Made by a program: the position numbers and the translations under genes. The notes under the pieces were generated by a model. The model searched no databases. It was not told the origin of the DNA and saw nothing but the letters and a program-made list of their open reading frames with translations. Shown here piece by piece: positions 26,438 through 36,555 of a DNA stretch of 41,360 bases. Numbering within the stretch: the stretch's first letter is position 1; every line of letters starts with the position of its first letter. Source of the DNA: Myxococcota bacterium (GTDB taxonomy: Bacteria > Myxococcota > Myxococcia > Myxococcales > Myxococcaceae); assembly GCA_049322255.1 (NCBI GenBank), contig JBMORE010000054.1, positions 124,001 to 165,360 on the forward strand. Reading direction: 5' to 3'.

Positions 26438-29416
26438 CTAACGGACGAAGGAGACCTCACGGGTTTGGGGAACGTCGACCCGCTGAAGGTGCGGCCCACC
26501 GGGCGTCTCGACGTGAAAGCTGCCCCACACCACGGTGTAGCGCCCCGGGGCCAGGCCGGTGACGGTCACCGCCTCGCGCACGGGCTGGTAGTGGAGCACG
26601 GCGTACGGCGCGCGCAACAGCTCGATGGGCGGATCGCCCACGGTGGGGAGGTCTTGGCGCACCACCCACAGCGCGTAGCCCCGCTGCGGCGTCACTCGCA
26701 CGGACAGCGACGCGGTTCCCGGGGCGGGCCCGAAATCCAGGCGGGTCTGCGAGGCGCTCACTTGCACCAGCAGCGCGGGCTGGGAAAAATGGTCGACCGG
26801 CGTGTCCCCTCCGCCCTGGGCGAAACGGTAGCTGCCTGGCGACACCTCGATCGAGTAGCTCCCGTCGGGCCCGGTCACCACCGTCACCGGCTCGGAGCGA
26901 TCGAGATGGATACCTTCGATCTCCACCCCCGCCGCCGGCCGCCCGTCGGCCAGGTAGGCAACGCCAAAGAGCCGCACCGCCGGCTGGAGCACGACCTCGA
27001 TCGCGCCAAGGCTACCGATCACTTGCGTGCTGCCAGACAGCCGCCCTTTGCGCGCCGACACCGTGTACTGCGTGGCGAAGGGTGGGCTGGTGAGCTGAAA
27101 GCGCCCGTCGCTCGCCGAGAGCACCGACTGGTCGCACACATCGCAAGTCACCACCGCGTCTGACACTGGGCCACCGCCCTCGTCCCGCACCGTACCGGTG
27201 AACTCCGGAGCGCGCCGCAGCACCAAGTCGCCCACGTCCGGCGTGGCGGGGCGGTCGACCATCAACGGCTCGTGGCCCGGCGCGTCCACCGCGAAGATGA
27301 CCCGGTCGTCCACCGAGGGCAGGGGCAGCTCGAAGCGGCCGTCGGCGCTGTCGACTTGGTGCTCGTCGATGCGGAAGCGCCGAAGCGGCCCACCCTCCTC
27401 GGAAAGCACCCGCCCGCGAAACACCTTCTTGCGCTCCAGCACCACCTTCACCCGCTCCCCGCCCGCGGTGGCCAGCACCCGCTCGAGCTGCTCGAAGCTG
27501 GGGTGCTTCGCCTCCAGGCGGTAGGTCATCCCCGGGCGCAGCGCGCGCAGCTCGAAGCGCCCCACCCCATCGGAGACCGCCGGCTCGGCAGCGCGAGGGA
27601 CGATGCTCACCGACACCCCCGACACCGGTGCGCCCTGACGATCGACGACCTCCCCGGTGATGCTCGCTCCAGGCCGAAGCTCGGCAACGAGGTGGAGCAG
27701 CTCCCCATCGGCCATGCGAACCTCTTGCCGATCCGAAGGCAGGTATTCAGGGTGCATCGCCACCATCGTGTACTGGCCCGCGGGCATGCCGCGCACCTGC
27801 ACCAGCCCGTCGGGGCCGGAGGGACGATCGCTGCGAAACGAACCTTGCCGCTCGATGAACAGCACCACGTGCGCACCCTCCACGCGGCGCCCTTGGGCGA
27901 GCACGGTGACCTGCACCCCGGCGCGCGGCTCGAGGTGCAGCTCCACGCCCTGGGCCGGCGCGGTGACTCGAACCAGGCCACCGCCCCAGTCGGAGTGGTG
28001 CGCGTGCAGCTCGTACAGCCCCGGCGAGGGCACCTGGGCGACGAAGCGGCCCTCGGCGTCGGCCAAGACACTGTCTCCGGTCGGGCCGACCAGAATGGAG
28101 ATGCCGGGGGCGGGCCGCCCGTACTCGTCGAGCACCCTGCCGGAGATGACCGTCCCGCGGGTCATCGCCAACTCGAGGGTCGTCTCCCCTTCCTTGAGCA
28201 CCGCCGGCACCGACTGCGGCCGAAACCCCTCGGCGGTACCGGTGAGCAGATAGTCGCCCGCGGCAAACGGACCGAAGCTCACCAGCTCACCGGTGCGCGC
28301 CTTCTTCTTGGCGATAAGCTCGTTGGTGGGGGTGGTGAGCGAAAGCTCCGGCTCGGGCACCGGCTGGCCGCCCTCGTCGACCACCGTCACCGCCAGCGTG
28401 CCGCCCCTCTCCAACTCGAGCCGCACCTGGGTGACAGGAGCATCGAGGGTCACCACGTGCGGTGCAGCGCTGAGGTTTTGGTGCACCGCGGTGATGACCA
28501 GCTCAACCGGGTAGAGCCCTTCGAAGACGGCCAGGCCCTTCGCCGCCGTCGACGTGCGCGAAAGGTGGTCGGCCACCAGGGTCACCCGCGCCTCCACCGG
28601 TGCGCCGCCGCTGGTGACGGCCACCTCCAGGCGCCGCGGCGTCAAGAGCGTCAGCCGCAACGGCTGAGGCCCCGCCTCGACCTCTTCGGCGAACGCGGGC
28701 AGCCAGCCGCTCGCCTGGGCGAGCACGTAGAAGGGCCCTTCGCCCAGGTCTTTCACCTCGAAGGCGCCGCGCGCGTCGGAAGTCGCCTGGTGAATGAGCG
28801 GCAACCGGGGCGAGACGGCGTAGACGGTGGCGTGGGCCACTGGCCGACCTTGGTCGTCCTGTACCGTCCCGGTGAGCGTGCGCAAAGGCGGCAAGAAGAG
28901 CTCGACCGGCTCACCCGGCGCCGCCCGCTCGCGCGTTCCCTCCCCCAGATGCGCCACCCGCGCCCACACGGTGAACGACACTCCGGCCAGATGCTCGAAG
29001 CGAAACGCCCCCGTTTCGTCGGTGCGGGTGGTGAGCGCCGGGTGCAGCGCGCCGCGGCCCTGCGCGAGGTGCTCGGCCACTCGCAGGCCGGTCTCGCGCG
29101 AGGGGCAGGCCAGGAGCAGCTCGCCGCACTCCTCGCACTTCACGGTACCCAAGCTGCTCTGCGCGCTGGCGGCCAAAAACACCTCAGCCCCGGCAACGCC
29201 CTCACCCGTGGGGTCGAGCACCCGCCCGGTGAGGGTGAGCCCCCCTTGCTCGTTCGCCTCCACTCGAACCGGCTCGAAGGAGGCGGGCGGCGCTTCATTG
29301 CCCAGAGGCGACGGGGCGAGGGTGTCCTCGGCCTTGGGCCACAGCACCGCAGCGACGGTTGCTACCGCCACCACGCTGCCGAGAATCGCCAGGTACTGAC
29401 GCATGCGCATGTGCAT
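26438..29416 (-). CDS. Membrane-anchored protein with multiple carboxypeptidase-regulatory-like (transthyretin-fold) repeats
   Basis: N-terminal TM; repeated G.V.D..G.PV..A.V / D..G.F units; two CxxC motifs. Start could be 29410 or 29404. Confidence 0.85.
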   Translation of the reverse strand: MHMRMRQYLAILGSVVAVATVAAVLWPKAEDTLAPSPLGNEAPPASFEPVRVEANEQGGLTLTGRVLDPTGEGVAGAEVFLAASAQSSLGTVKCEECGELLLACPSRETGLRVAEHLAQGRGALHPALTTRTDETGAFRFEHLAGVSFTVWARVAHLGEGTRERAAPGEPVELFLPPLRTLTGTVQDDQGRPVAHATVYAVSPRLPLIHQATSDARGAFEVKDLGEGPFYVLAQASGWLPAFAEEVEAGPQPLRLTLLTPRRLEVAVTSGGAPVEARVTLVADHLSRTSTAAKGLAVFEGLYPVELVITAVHQNLSAAPHVVTLDAPVTQVRLELERGGTLAVTVVDEGGQPVPEPELSLTTPTNELIAKKKARTGELVSFGPFAAGDYLLTGTAEGFRPQSVPAVLKEGETTLELAMTRGTVISGRVLDEYGRPAPGISILVGPTGDSVLADAEGRFVAQVPSPGLYELHAHHSDWGGGLVRVTAPAQGVELHLEPRAGVQVTVLAQGRRVEGAHVVLFIERQGSFRSDRPSGPDGLVQVRGMPAGQYTMVAMHPEYLPSDRQEVRMADGELLHLVAELRPGASITGEVVDRQGAPVSGVSVSIVPRAAEPAVSDGVGRFELRALRPGMTYRLEAKHPSFEQLERVLATAGGERVKVVLERKKVFRGRVLSEEGGPLRRFRIDEHQVDSADGRFELPLPSVDDRVIFAVDAPGHEPLMVDRPATPDVGDLVLRRAPEFTGTVRDEGGGPVSDAVVTCDVCDQSVLSASDGRFQLTSPPFATQYTVSARKGRLSGSTQVIGSLGAIEVVLQPAVRLFGVAYLADGRPAAGVEIEGIHLDRSEPVTVVTGPDGSYSIEVSPGSYRFAQGGGDTPVDHFSQPALLVQVSASQTRLDFGPAPGTASLSVRVTPQRGYALWVVRQDLPTVGDPPIELLRAPYAVLHYQPVREAVTVTGLAPGRYTVVWGSFHVETPGGPHLQRVDVPQTREVSFVR

Positions 29417-29442
29417 GTGAGTCTAACGAGATACTTGGGGTT

Positions 29443-29476
29443 CCCTCACCCTTACCCTCTCCCACAGGGAGAGGGA
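29443..29476. repeat. REP-like palindromic repeat, copy 3 (intergenic)
   Basis: CCCTCACCCTTACCCTCTCCCACAGGGAGAGGGA, 4 bp past the FadL-like stop. Confidence 0.75.
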
Positions 29477-29480
29477 TGAT

Positions 29481-30797
29481 CTAGAAGTCGTAGCGGATCG
29501 CCACGGTGAAACCGTGCAAGCGGGCGGAGTAGGTGTACGGCGGCACCGAGTCGGTCGGCTCCTTCTTCGCTTCGCGCGGCAAGAGCAGTGCCCCCTGGGT
29601 GGCGACGTCGAGCTTCACCGGGTGGACGAACACCTCGAGCGGGTCGTCGAAGGCGATGCCCACCCCCAGCGCGCCACCCACCGCCGAGGCGTCGAGAATG
29701 TTGGTGCTCGGCGCGTCCTGGCGAGGCACCGGCGTGGGTCGATAAAAGGCGCCGGCGCGCGCAGCGAAGCGTTCGCTCACGCGGTACTCCAGGCCCAGCC
29801 GCCCTCCCAGGGTGTCGGCGAAGCCTGGGGTGACCCGCGGCGAAGAGAGGTCGAGCGCCTCGTCGATGCCCAGCGCGCGCAAGGTGTCGCCCGAGAGATC
29901 GATGTCCAAGTCGAGGTAGGGCGAGGGCGCCGCCCGCCAATTCATCCACTGGCCGTCGAGGGTGAGGGTCAGCTTCTCGGTGACGTCGAAGGCCACTCCG
30001 CCGGCCAAGGTGTGGGGCGAGTAGTGCACCACGCCTTGAACGGAAAACCCCAACGAGCCGATGCCCTCAAGGTCGACCTGGGCGGGAATTCGCACCAGGA
30101 GCGCCATCTCCCAGCGGAAGGAGAGCCCCAAGCGCAGCCGCGGGGTGACCGCCCAGTACAGTCCCGCCACCGGCCCCGCGCGGTTGGCCATGTGCGAGTC
30201 GAGCTCCCGCAGCTTCACCGCGCGCGAGAAAAGGTCCACCCGGGCGTTGGCGCCCTGGCCGATCAAATCATCCAGCGCCTGCACCCCGATGCCGATCGAC
30301 AGGTTATCGAGCAGGCGAATGCCCGCAGCGGCGTAGAAGACGAAGCGCTCCGGGTTGGAGTTGAACTGGTACCAGAAGGGCCGGCTGGGGTCAGGCGAGA
30401 GCACCCGCAAGAACCGCTGGCTGGGCAGGTGCAGCCCCACCCCCAAGGCGACCCGGTTCTTCACCTTCCCCGCCAAGGGGAAGAGCAGCCCCACGTCGTA
30501 GCCCACCGCGTCGGGAGGCTGGCAATACGCGCAGTCGAGCTCGCGGCCGTTCTCAGCGCTTCGCACCGACGTCACCGCGCGGTTCCAGGTAAAGGAGAAC
30601 CCGAAGCCCAGCTCCTTGCGCAGCACCAGCATCGATGGGTTGTAGAAGACCGCGGTGTAGTCGTCGGCGGCGGCGGTCACCGCCCCCGCCATCGCCGTGC
30701 CCCGGGGACCGAACCCGAAGGTCTCGAAGGAGTTGGCCTGCGCCGACAAGGCCCCGAGCACGACGACGGCGGCGAGGCGCCCCCCTCGCACGCTCAC
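29481..30797 (-). CDS. OmpP1/FadL family outer-membrane transporter
   Basis: Signal peptide, GPRGTAMAGAVTA..DDYTAVFYNPS hatch motif, C-terminal YDF; GTG start overlaps PP2C stop. Confidence 0.85.
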   Translation of the reverse strand: MSVRGGRLAAVVVLGALSAQANSFETFGFGPRGTAMAGAVTAAADDYTAVFYNPSMLVLRKELGFGFSFTWNRAVTSVRSAENGRELDCAYCQPPDAVGYDVGLLFPLAGKVKNRVALGVGLHLPSQRFLRVLSPDPSRPFWYQFNSNPERFVFYAAAGIRLLDNLSIGIGVQALDDLIGQGANARVDLFSRAVKLRELDSHMANRAGPVAGLYWAVTPRLRLGLSFRWEMALLVRIPAQVDLEGIGSLGFSVQGVVHYSPHTLAGGVAFDVTEKLTLTLDGQWMNWRAAPSPYLDLDIDLSGDTLRALGIDEALDLSSPRVTPGFADTLGGRLGLEYRVSERFAARAGAFYRPTPVPRQDAPSTNILDASAVGGALGVGIAFDDPLEVFVHPVKLDVATQGALLLPREAKKEPTDSVPPYTYSARLHGFTVAIRYDF

Positions 30798-32068
30798 TCC
30801 TCGGCGAATGGCTGCACCGCCTGGGCGACCGCCAGCTCCTGCCGCGCCTCGGAGAGCTCGGAGTTGGCCGCGCGCAGCCGGTCGGAGAGCACCTGCACGA
30901 AGCTCCACAGCATCTTCACCGCGAGAATCGACTCGCGCTTCATCAAGTTCATCAGGTCGCCGCGGGAGATGACCATCACTTTGGTGGGCTCGGTGGCGCG
31001 CACGGTGGCCGAGCGCGGCGCGTTGTCGATGAGCCCCATCTCGCCGAAGTGGCCGCCGGCCCGCAGCTCGGCAATCTCCACCCCGTTCTTTTCGATCACC
31101 ACCCGCCCGCGGACGACCACGAACAGCTCTTGACCCGGCTGGCCCTCGACGACGATTTCGCGCCCGCCGGGGAAGGTGCGAGAGGCGCCGATGGAGAGCA
31201 CCGCGGTCTGCTCTTTGTAGGTGAGGTGGCGGAAGAGGGGAATCTTCCGCAGCGCCTCCATGCGCGAGGCCGCCTCCACCGCCTCTTCGTTGACCGCGGC
31301 GCCATCGCCGTGCACCCCCACCACCACCGCGGTGATGTTGTCTTTCCCGCCGCGCTCGTTGGCGAGGGCGACGAGCTTCTTGGGCAAATCGGTGCGGGGC
31401 ACCGAAGCCACCATCGGCGCCAGCTCATCGTCGGCGAGGTACCCGTGCAGCCCGTCGGAGCAGAGCACGAAGGTGTCGCCGGGGAAGATGTCGACGATCA
31501 GCGTGTCGACCTGCACCGATTCTTGGATGCCGACCGCGCGGGTGATGACGTTGCGGTACTGGGAGGTGGCGGCCTGTTCCTTGGTGATGGTGCCCGCCTT
31601 GAGCTGGGCCGCCACCAGGGTGTGGTCTTCGGTGAGGCGGTGACTTTGGCCGCTGCGCACCAGGTAGACCCGGCTGTCGCCCACGTGGCCGATGACGCCC
31701 TTGGTACCGCTCACCAAGAGGCACACGAACGTCGTCCCCATGCCGCGCTTGGTGGAGTCGGTGCTCGCCGTGCGGTAGATGTCGGCGCACGCGCGCTGCA
31801 CCGCGACCTCCACCAGGGCCGCCGCCGCCGCCCGATGGGCCTGGCTGGGGTCTTTGGCCAAGTCCTTCAACACGTTGCTGTTGGCGAGCAGGTGTTGCTT
31901 GACCACCTCGGTGGCGCGGGCGCTGGCGATCTCCCCAGCAGCGTGACCTCCCATGCCATCGGCGACGATGTACAGACCGAGCTGGCCCTCCAGCAGCATC
32001 GCGTCTTCGTTGTGCTGGCGCTTGCGGCCGACGTCGGTGAGGCCGAACGCCTCGGTGGTCAGGGACAC
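30794..32068 (-). CDS. PP2C Ser/Thr phosphatase with C-terminal cNMP-binding domain
   Basis: TDVGRKR.HNED, VADGMGGH, GMGTT, HVGDSR, CSDGL, GGKDNIT; FGEMGLIDNAPRSATV. Confidence 0.95.
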   Translation of the reverse strand: MSLTTEAFGLTDVGRKRQHNEDAMLLEGQLGLYIVADGMGGHAAGEIASARATEVVKQHLLANSNVLKDLAKDPSQAHRAAAAALVEVAVQRACADIYRTASTDSTKRGMGTTFVCLLVSGTKGVIGHVGDSRVYLVRSGQSHRLTEDHTLVAAQLKAGTITKEQAATSQYRNVITRAVGIQESVQVDTLIVDIFPGDTFVLCSDGLHGYLADDELAPMVASVPRTDLPKKLVALANERGGKDNITAVVVGVHGDGAAVNEEAVEAASRMEALRKIPLFRHLTYKEQTAVLSIGASRTFPGGREIVVEGQPGQELFVVVRGRVVIEKNGVEIAELRAGGHFGEMGLIDNAPRSATVRATEPTKVMVISRGDLMNLMKRESILAVKMLWSFVQVLSDRLRAANSELSEARQELAVAQAVQPFAEE

Positions 32069-32138
32069 GGGGATGCCTCGTCGAGGGAGGACGGCCCGTG
32101 CAACTTAGGCGGCACCCTGTCAGCGGCGCAAGGCATCT

Positions 32139-32651
32139 TCACCGGCGCGAAGGACGCTTGGCCTTGGTGTCGAGCAGGCGCAAGAAGGCGTTGGGCATGT
32201 AGAACGTCACCTCCACATCGCCGAAGCGCACCACCGCCTCCTGCCCCAGGATGACCGGTTTCTTGGCCTCGAGCTTTTCCCCTTTCACCCAGGTTCCGTT
32301 CTTCGAGCCGGCGTCGACCAACTGCCACTGTCCGGCAGCATCGTCGTGAGCGAAGTATGCGTGGAAGCGTGAAACCGAGACGTCGTCGATGACCAAGTCG
32401 TTGTTGCTGGTGCGCCCCACCGTGATGCCGCGCTGGAAGGCGTTGTCCTTCTCTTTGCGCACCCACAGCACCAGCGGCTCTCCCCCCGCCAAGGGATTGA
32501 AGCCGACGCCCGAGGAGGTCTTCAGCCGATGTTCGTTCTCCTCGCTCCGGGGCGGAGGAACGAACACCAGCCCGGGGTGCGCAATGGCGCGCTTGGCCTC
32601 GCCCGGATTCTGGCGGTAGCGGGTGAGCCACATGGCAAGCGGCAAGGGCAT
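32139..32651 (-). CDS. FHA domain protein
   Basis: ITVGR, SVSRFHA, DAGSKNGT, VRFG. Confidence 0.9.
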   Translation of the reverse strand: MPLPLAMWLTRYRQNPGEAKRAIAHPGLVFVPPPRSEENEHRLKTSSGVGFNPLAGGEPLVLWVRKEKDNAFQRGITVGRTSNNDLVIDDVSVSRFHAYFAHDDAAGQWQLVDAGSKNGTWVKGEKLEAKKPVILGQEAVVRFGDVEVTFYMPNAFLRLLDTKAKRPSRR

Positions 32652-32663
32652 CGGCGGCGAAGT

Positions 32664-33416
32664 TCACCCTACCTTGCCCATTGGGTCCAGCACGCGATGG
32701 CATTGCTGCGCCAGCGCCGGGCGGGCCTCGGCAATGTAGGGGGTCTGGGTCACCGCGCGCAGATAGAAGGGCGCCTGGCGGCTGAAATAGACCGCTCGGG
32801 CGAGGTCGTCGATCGCCGCGTGATTGAAGCCAATGAGCGCGCTCGCCAGAGCACGGGCGTAGAAGAGCGCGGGGTGCTCGCCGAAGCGGGCCAGCCCCAG
32901 GGAGAGGCGGCGCTTGGCGGCGAACACGTTGAGCTCCAAGTTGACCGCGTGGGTGCGGCGCGACAGGCGCAAGTGCTCGCGGAGGTACAACTCTGCGGGA
33001 GTGGCCAGCTCGGCCTCGTCCAGGCGCTCGAGCGCTCGGTCAGGCTCCTTGCTCAAATGACCGAGCGTGGTGAGCCAGCGCGCCTCACCGCCGGAGAAGC
33101 CTGCCTCGAGCCAATCGTCCTCATCGGGAGCTTCCCCCTCGACCAGGAGGCTCAAGAGCGCGTGACGAGACTCGGCGCCGGCTGCGGCGTTCTGGCGGAG
33201 CAGCCCGGGCGAAGGACCTCCGCCGACCACGCGCGAAGGACCGGGCGCTTCGCCGACGCCGGTGGGCAACAGGCCCGCAAGGAGCGTGTCCCAATCGAGC
33301 CACGACAGGGTGGTGAACCCCGCGGCGCGGCGCATGCGGCGAACGTTGAGGCGGTGAAGGCCAAGAACGCCCGCCACGTAGGCACAGACGACTCCTCCGG
33401 CAAGCAGAGCGCTCAT
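32664..33416 (-). CDS. Hypothetical membrane-anchored protein with TPR-like C-terminus
   Basis: N-terminal TM, helical ALFYARA..AAIDDLARA segment; start could be 33446 or 33464. Confidence 0.7.
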   Translation of the reverse strand: MSALLAGGVVCAYVAGVLGLHRLNVRRMRRAAGFTTLSWLDWDTLLAGLLPTGVGEAPGPSRVVGGGPSPGLLRQNAAAGAESRHALLSLLVEGEAPDEDDWLEAGFSGGEARWLTTLGHLSKEPDRALERLDEAELATPAELYLREHLRLSRRTHAVNLELNVFAAKRRLSLGLARFGEHPALFYARALASALIGFNHAAIDDLARAVYFSRQAPFYLRAVTQTPYIAEARPALAQQCHRVLDPMGKVG

Positions 33417-33533
33417 CGAGTTGGGGCGAACGAAAGTATCGGCCATCCACGCAGCGCTTGTCACCGAGTGTTCACTCGTCTATAGCTGCCCCGCCCGTTG
33501 GGCGTAAGCACCTGGAAAAAGGGGGCCGCTGAC

Positions 33534-34172
33534 TTGGCCACGTCGCTTCGGACGTACGTCTTTCTCGACTCGCTCCAGCCGCAGCTTGCCGCCCACATCT
33601 GCACCACGTGCCGCGGCTACTTCCCGGTGCCGGGTGTGGCCTCGCTGTTCGTGGAGATTGCCCCCGGCATGGCGATTCACGGGCTCATCGACACCGCGCT
33701 CAAGTCGACCCAAGTGCAGCCGGCCACGCTGGTGGTGGAGCGTGCCTACGGCATGCTCGAGGTGCACAGCGAGGACAAGGGCGAGGTGCGCAGCGCGGGC
33801 GACGCGATCTTGAAGCACCTAGGAGTCGCCGAGGAAGACCGGCTCAAGCCCAAGCTGGTCTCCAACACCATCATCCGCGCCATCGAGCCGATGCACGCGA
33901 TGATCCTCGACAAGATTCGCTTCGGGTCGATGATCGAGCCGGGGCAGTCGCTCTTCATCCTCGAGACCGAGCCGGCGGCCTACGCGGCGCTGGCGGCCAA
34001 TGAGGCGGAGAAGGCAGCCAACGTGCGGCTGGTCGACGTGACCCCGTTTGGTGCCTTCGGGCGGCTCTACATGGCGGGCACCGAGGCGGAGATCGACTCG
34101 GCGTCGCAGGCGGCGGTGGCGGCGCTCCAGGCGATCAAGGGCAAGGAGACCGCCCCGTTCAAGGACAAGTAG
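33534..34172 (+). CDS. Microcompartment shell protein BMC-T (stacking, CcmP/CsoS1D-like permuted type)
   Basis: [52 protein letters not shown] start after AAAGGGGG. Confidence 0.9.
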   Translation: MATSLRTYVFLDSLQPQLAAHICTTCRGYFPVPGVASLFVEIAPGMAIHGLIDTALKSTQVQPATLVVERAYGMLEVHSEDKGEVRSAGDAILKHLGVAEEDRLKPKLVSNTIIRAIEPMHAMILDKIRFGSMIEPGQSLFILETEPAAYAALAANEAEKAANVRLVDVTPFGAFGRLYMAGTEAEIDSASQAAVAALQAIKGKETAPFKDK

Positions 34173-34206
34173 TTTCCACGCAGTTCAAAAGAGAGGTCGA
34201 TAGGCG

Positions 34207-34515
34207 ATGGCTGAAGCGCTGGGGATGATTGAGACCAAGGGCTTCGTCGGCATGGTGGAAGCGGCCGACGCGATGGTGAAGGCGGCCAAGGTGGAGCTGG
34301 TGGGCTACGAGAAGATCGGCGGCGGCTACGTCACCTGCATCGTGCGTGGCGACGTGGCGGCGGTGAAGGCGGCCACCGAGGCGGGAGCGCGAGGCGCCGA
34401 GCGGGTGGGCGAGCTGGTGAGCGTGCACGTGATTCCGCGCCCGCACGTCAACATCGACATGGTGTTGCCGCTGGGCCGAGCCGAGAAGGCCAAGGCGGAG
34501 AGCGGTCAAAGGTAA
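34207..34515 (+). CDS. Microcompartment hexamer shell protein BMC-H (EutM/PduA-like)
   Basis: [37 protein letters not shown]. Confidence 0.97.
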   Translation: MAEALGMIETKGFVGMVEAADAMVKAAKVELVGYEKIGGGYVTCIVRGDVAAVKAATEAGARGAERVGELVSVHVIPRPHVNIDMVLPLGRAEKAKAESGQR

Positions 34516-34527
34516 AGGCCTAAGACG

Positions 34528-34818
34528 ATGCTCATCGGCAAGGTGGTGGGGACGGTCGTCTCCACCCGCAAGGAGCAGGAGCTCGAGGGGCTCAAGTTTC
34601 TCGTGGTGCGCGCGGTGGACTTGGACGGCAAGCCCACCTCCACCCTGGTGGTCGCCGCTGACGCGGTGGGCGCGGGAGTGGGAGAAGTCGTGCTCTACGC
34701 CTCGGGCTCCTCCGCCCGGCAGACGAAAGTGACCAAGGACAGGCCGGTCGACGCCACCATCATGGCGATCGTCGACCAGATCGAAGTAGGGGGCTCGCTC
34801 AAGTACGTGAAGGATTGA
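34528..34818 (+). CDS. Microcompartment vertex pentamer BMC-P (EutN/CcmL family)
   Basis: [43 protein letters not shown]. Confidence 0.96.
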   Translation: MLIGKVVGTVVSTRKEQELEGLKFLVVRAVDLDGKPTSTLVVAADAVGAGVGEVVLYASGSSARQTKVTKDRPVDATIMAIVDQIEVGGSLKYVKD

Positions 34819-34829
34819 AACGAAAATCC

Positions 34830-35018
34830 ATGACCATCGTGACCATCAGGGCCCGCTCCAAAAAACCGCAAGAGCTCGTCGACAAGGCGAGCGTGAAGGC
34901 CAACCACCTGCTCGGAGAGAAGTCCGACCGGGTGCTGGTCGTCTACGGCAAGGACGCGGCGAGCATCTACTACGAGCCGGAGGCGCCGCCGGCCAAGAGC
35001 GCCCCCAAGCCCAACTGA
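34830..35018 (+). CDS. Small hypothetical protein inside BMC operon
   Basis: 62 aa, GC3-rich codons, fills the gap between BMC-P and AldDH; alternative TTG start 34815 overlaps the BMC-P stop. Confidence 0.7.
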   Translation: MTIVTIRARSKKPQELVDKASVKANHLLGEKSDRVLVVYGKDAASIYYEPEAPPAKSAPKPN

Positions 35019-35031
35019 AGCGGAGAGGCGC

Positions 35032-36555
35032 ATGGCCCTCAACGAGACGCAGATCAACGCCATCGTCGATCAGGTCGTGCGCAAGCTCTCCACCGAGCTG
35101 TCCGACCTGCCCCACCCTGCTCGCTCGCCGGCGGCGCCTCCGATCGTACATGCCGACGATCGTCGCGGGGCGGAGAAGCGCTTTGGCACCGCTCCTTTCG
35201 TCTCCGGTACGCCCCTACACCCGGCCGCGGCTTTTGCGCTCGTCCGCGGACGGAATGGGGTGTTCGACGACCTCGACTCGGCCACCTCCGCCGCCACCGC
35301 CGCGCAAGAAGTGTGGGACAAGACGCCCCTCGAAACCCGCGACCGGGTGATCGAGGCGATGCGCGAGACGACCCGCCGTCACGCCGAGGAGCTGGCGCGC
35401 CTGGCGGTCGAGGAAACCAAGCTCGGCAACGTCAAAGACAAGATTCAGAAGAACCTCCTGTGCGCCAACAAGACGCCGGGCACCGAGATTCTCAAGCCCG
35501 TCGCCTTCTCCGGCGACCACGGGCTGACAATCACCGAGCGCGCGCCCTTCGGCGTCATCGGCGCCATCACCCCTTCGACCAACCCGACCGAGACCATCAT
35601 CAACAACGGCATCGGGATGGTCGCCGGCGGCAACGCGGTGGTGTTCAACGTGCACCCCTCGGCGAAGCGGGTGAGCGCGCGTCACGTCGAGCTGCTCAAC
35701 GAGGCGATCGTCTCCGCGGGCGGGCCGCCCAACCTGCTCTCCTGCCTGGGCGAGCCGACCATCGACTCGGCGCAAGCGCTGATGAAGCACAAGAACGTGC
35801 GCCTCATCGTGGTCACCGGCGGCCCGGCGGTGGTGCGGGCGGCGATGAACAGCGGCAAGCGGGCGATCGCCGCCGGCCCGGGTAACCCGCCCGCGGTGGT
35901 CGACGAGACGGCCCACGTAGAGAAGGCGGCGCGGGACATCGTCAACGGCGCCTCGCTGGACAACAACATCGTATGCATCGTCGAGAAGGAGGTCTTCGCG
36001 GTGGCGGAGATCGCCGACCGGCTGAAGAAGCACATGGTGGAAAACGGCGCCTTCGAGGTCACCGGGCCGGCGATCAACCGGCTGGAGAAGATGGTCGTCG
36101 ACGACGGCCACCCCGCGCGCGACTGGGTGGGAAAAGACGCGACCAAAATCGCCGAGGCCGCGGGCCTTCGCGTGCCCAGCGGCACCCGGCTGCTCTTCGC
36201 CGAGGTCGACCCCTCTCACCCTTTCGTGCAGGCCGAGCTGCTCATGCCGGTGATTGCCTTCTGCCGGCTTCCCACCGTCGACGACTGCATCGCCGCCGCG
36301 GTGCAGGCCGAGCACGGCTTCGGGCACACGGCGACGATGCACTCCACCTCGCTGGATAACCTCCACGCGATGGCGCGGGTGATCAACACCTCGATCTTCG
36401 TGAAGAACGGCCCCTCCTACGCCGGGCTGGGGATGACCGGCGAGGGTTACACCTCGTTCACCATCGCCTCACCCACGGGAGAGGGTCTGACCACCGCAGT
36501 GTCCTTCACCCGCGAGCGCCGCTGCACGCTCAAAGACTATTTCCGAATCGTGTGA
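35032..36555 (+). CDS. CoA-acylating aldehyde dehydrogenase (EutE/PduP family) with encapsulation peptide
   Basis: PFGVIGAITPSTNPTET, VTGG, AGPGNPP.VVDETA, NNIVCIVEKE (catalytic Cys), ELLMPV, TGEG; N-terminal amphipathic helix. Confidence 0.95.
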   Translation: MALNETQINAIVDQVVRKLSTELSDLPHPARSPAAPPIVHADDRRGAEKRFGTAPFVSGTPLHPAAAFALVRGRNGVFDDLDSATSAATAAQEVWDKTPLETRDRVIEAMRETTRRHAEELARLAVEETKLGNVKDKIQKNLLCANKTPGTEILKPVAFSGDHGLTITERAPFGVIGAITPSTNPTETIINNGIGMVAGGNAVVFNVHPSAKRVSARHVELLNEAIVSAGGPPNLLSCLGEPTIDSAQALMKHKNVRLIVVTGGPAVVRAAMNSGKRAIAAGPGNPPAVVDETAHVEKAARDIVNGASLDNNIVCIVEKEVFAVAEIADRLKKHMVENGAFEVTGPAINRLEKMVVDDGHPARDWVGKDATKIAEAAGLRVPSGTRLLFAEVDPSHPFVQAELLMPVIAFCRLPTVDDCIAAAVQAEHGFGHTATMHSTSLDNLHAMARVINTSIFVKNGPSYAGLGMTGEGYTSFTIASPTGEGLTTAVSFTRERRCTLKDYFRIV

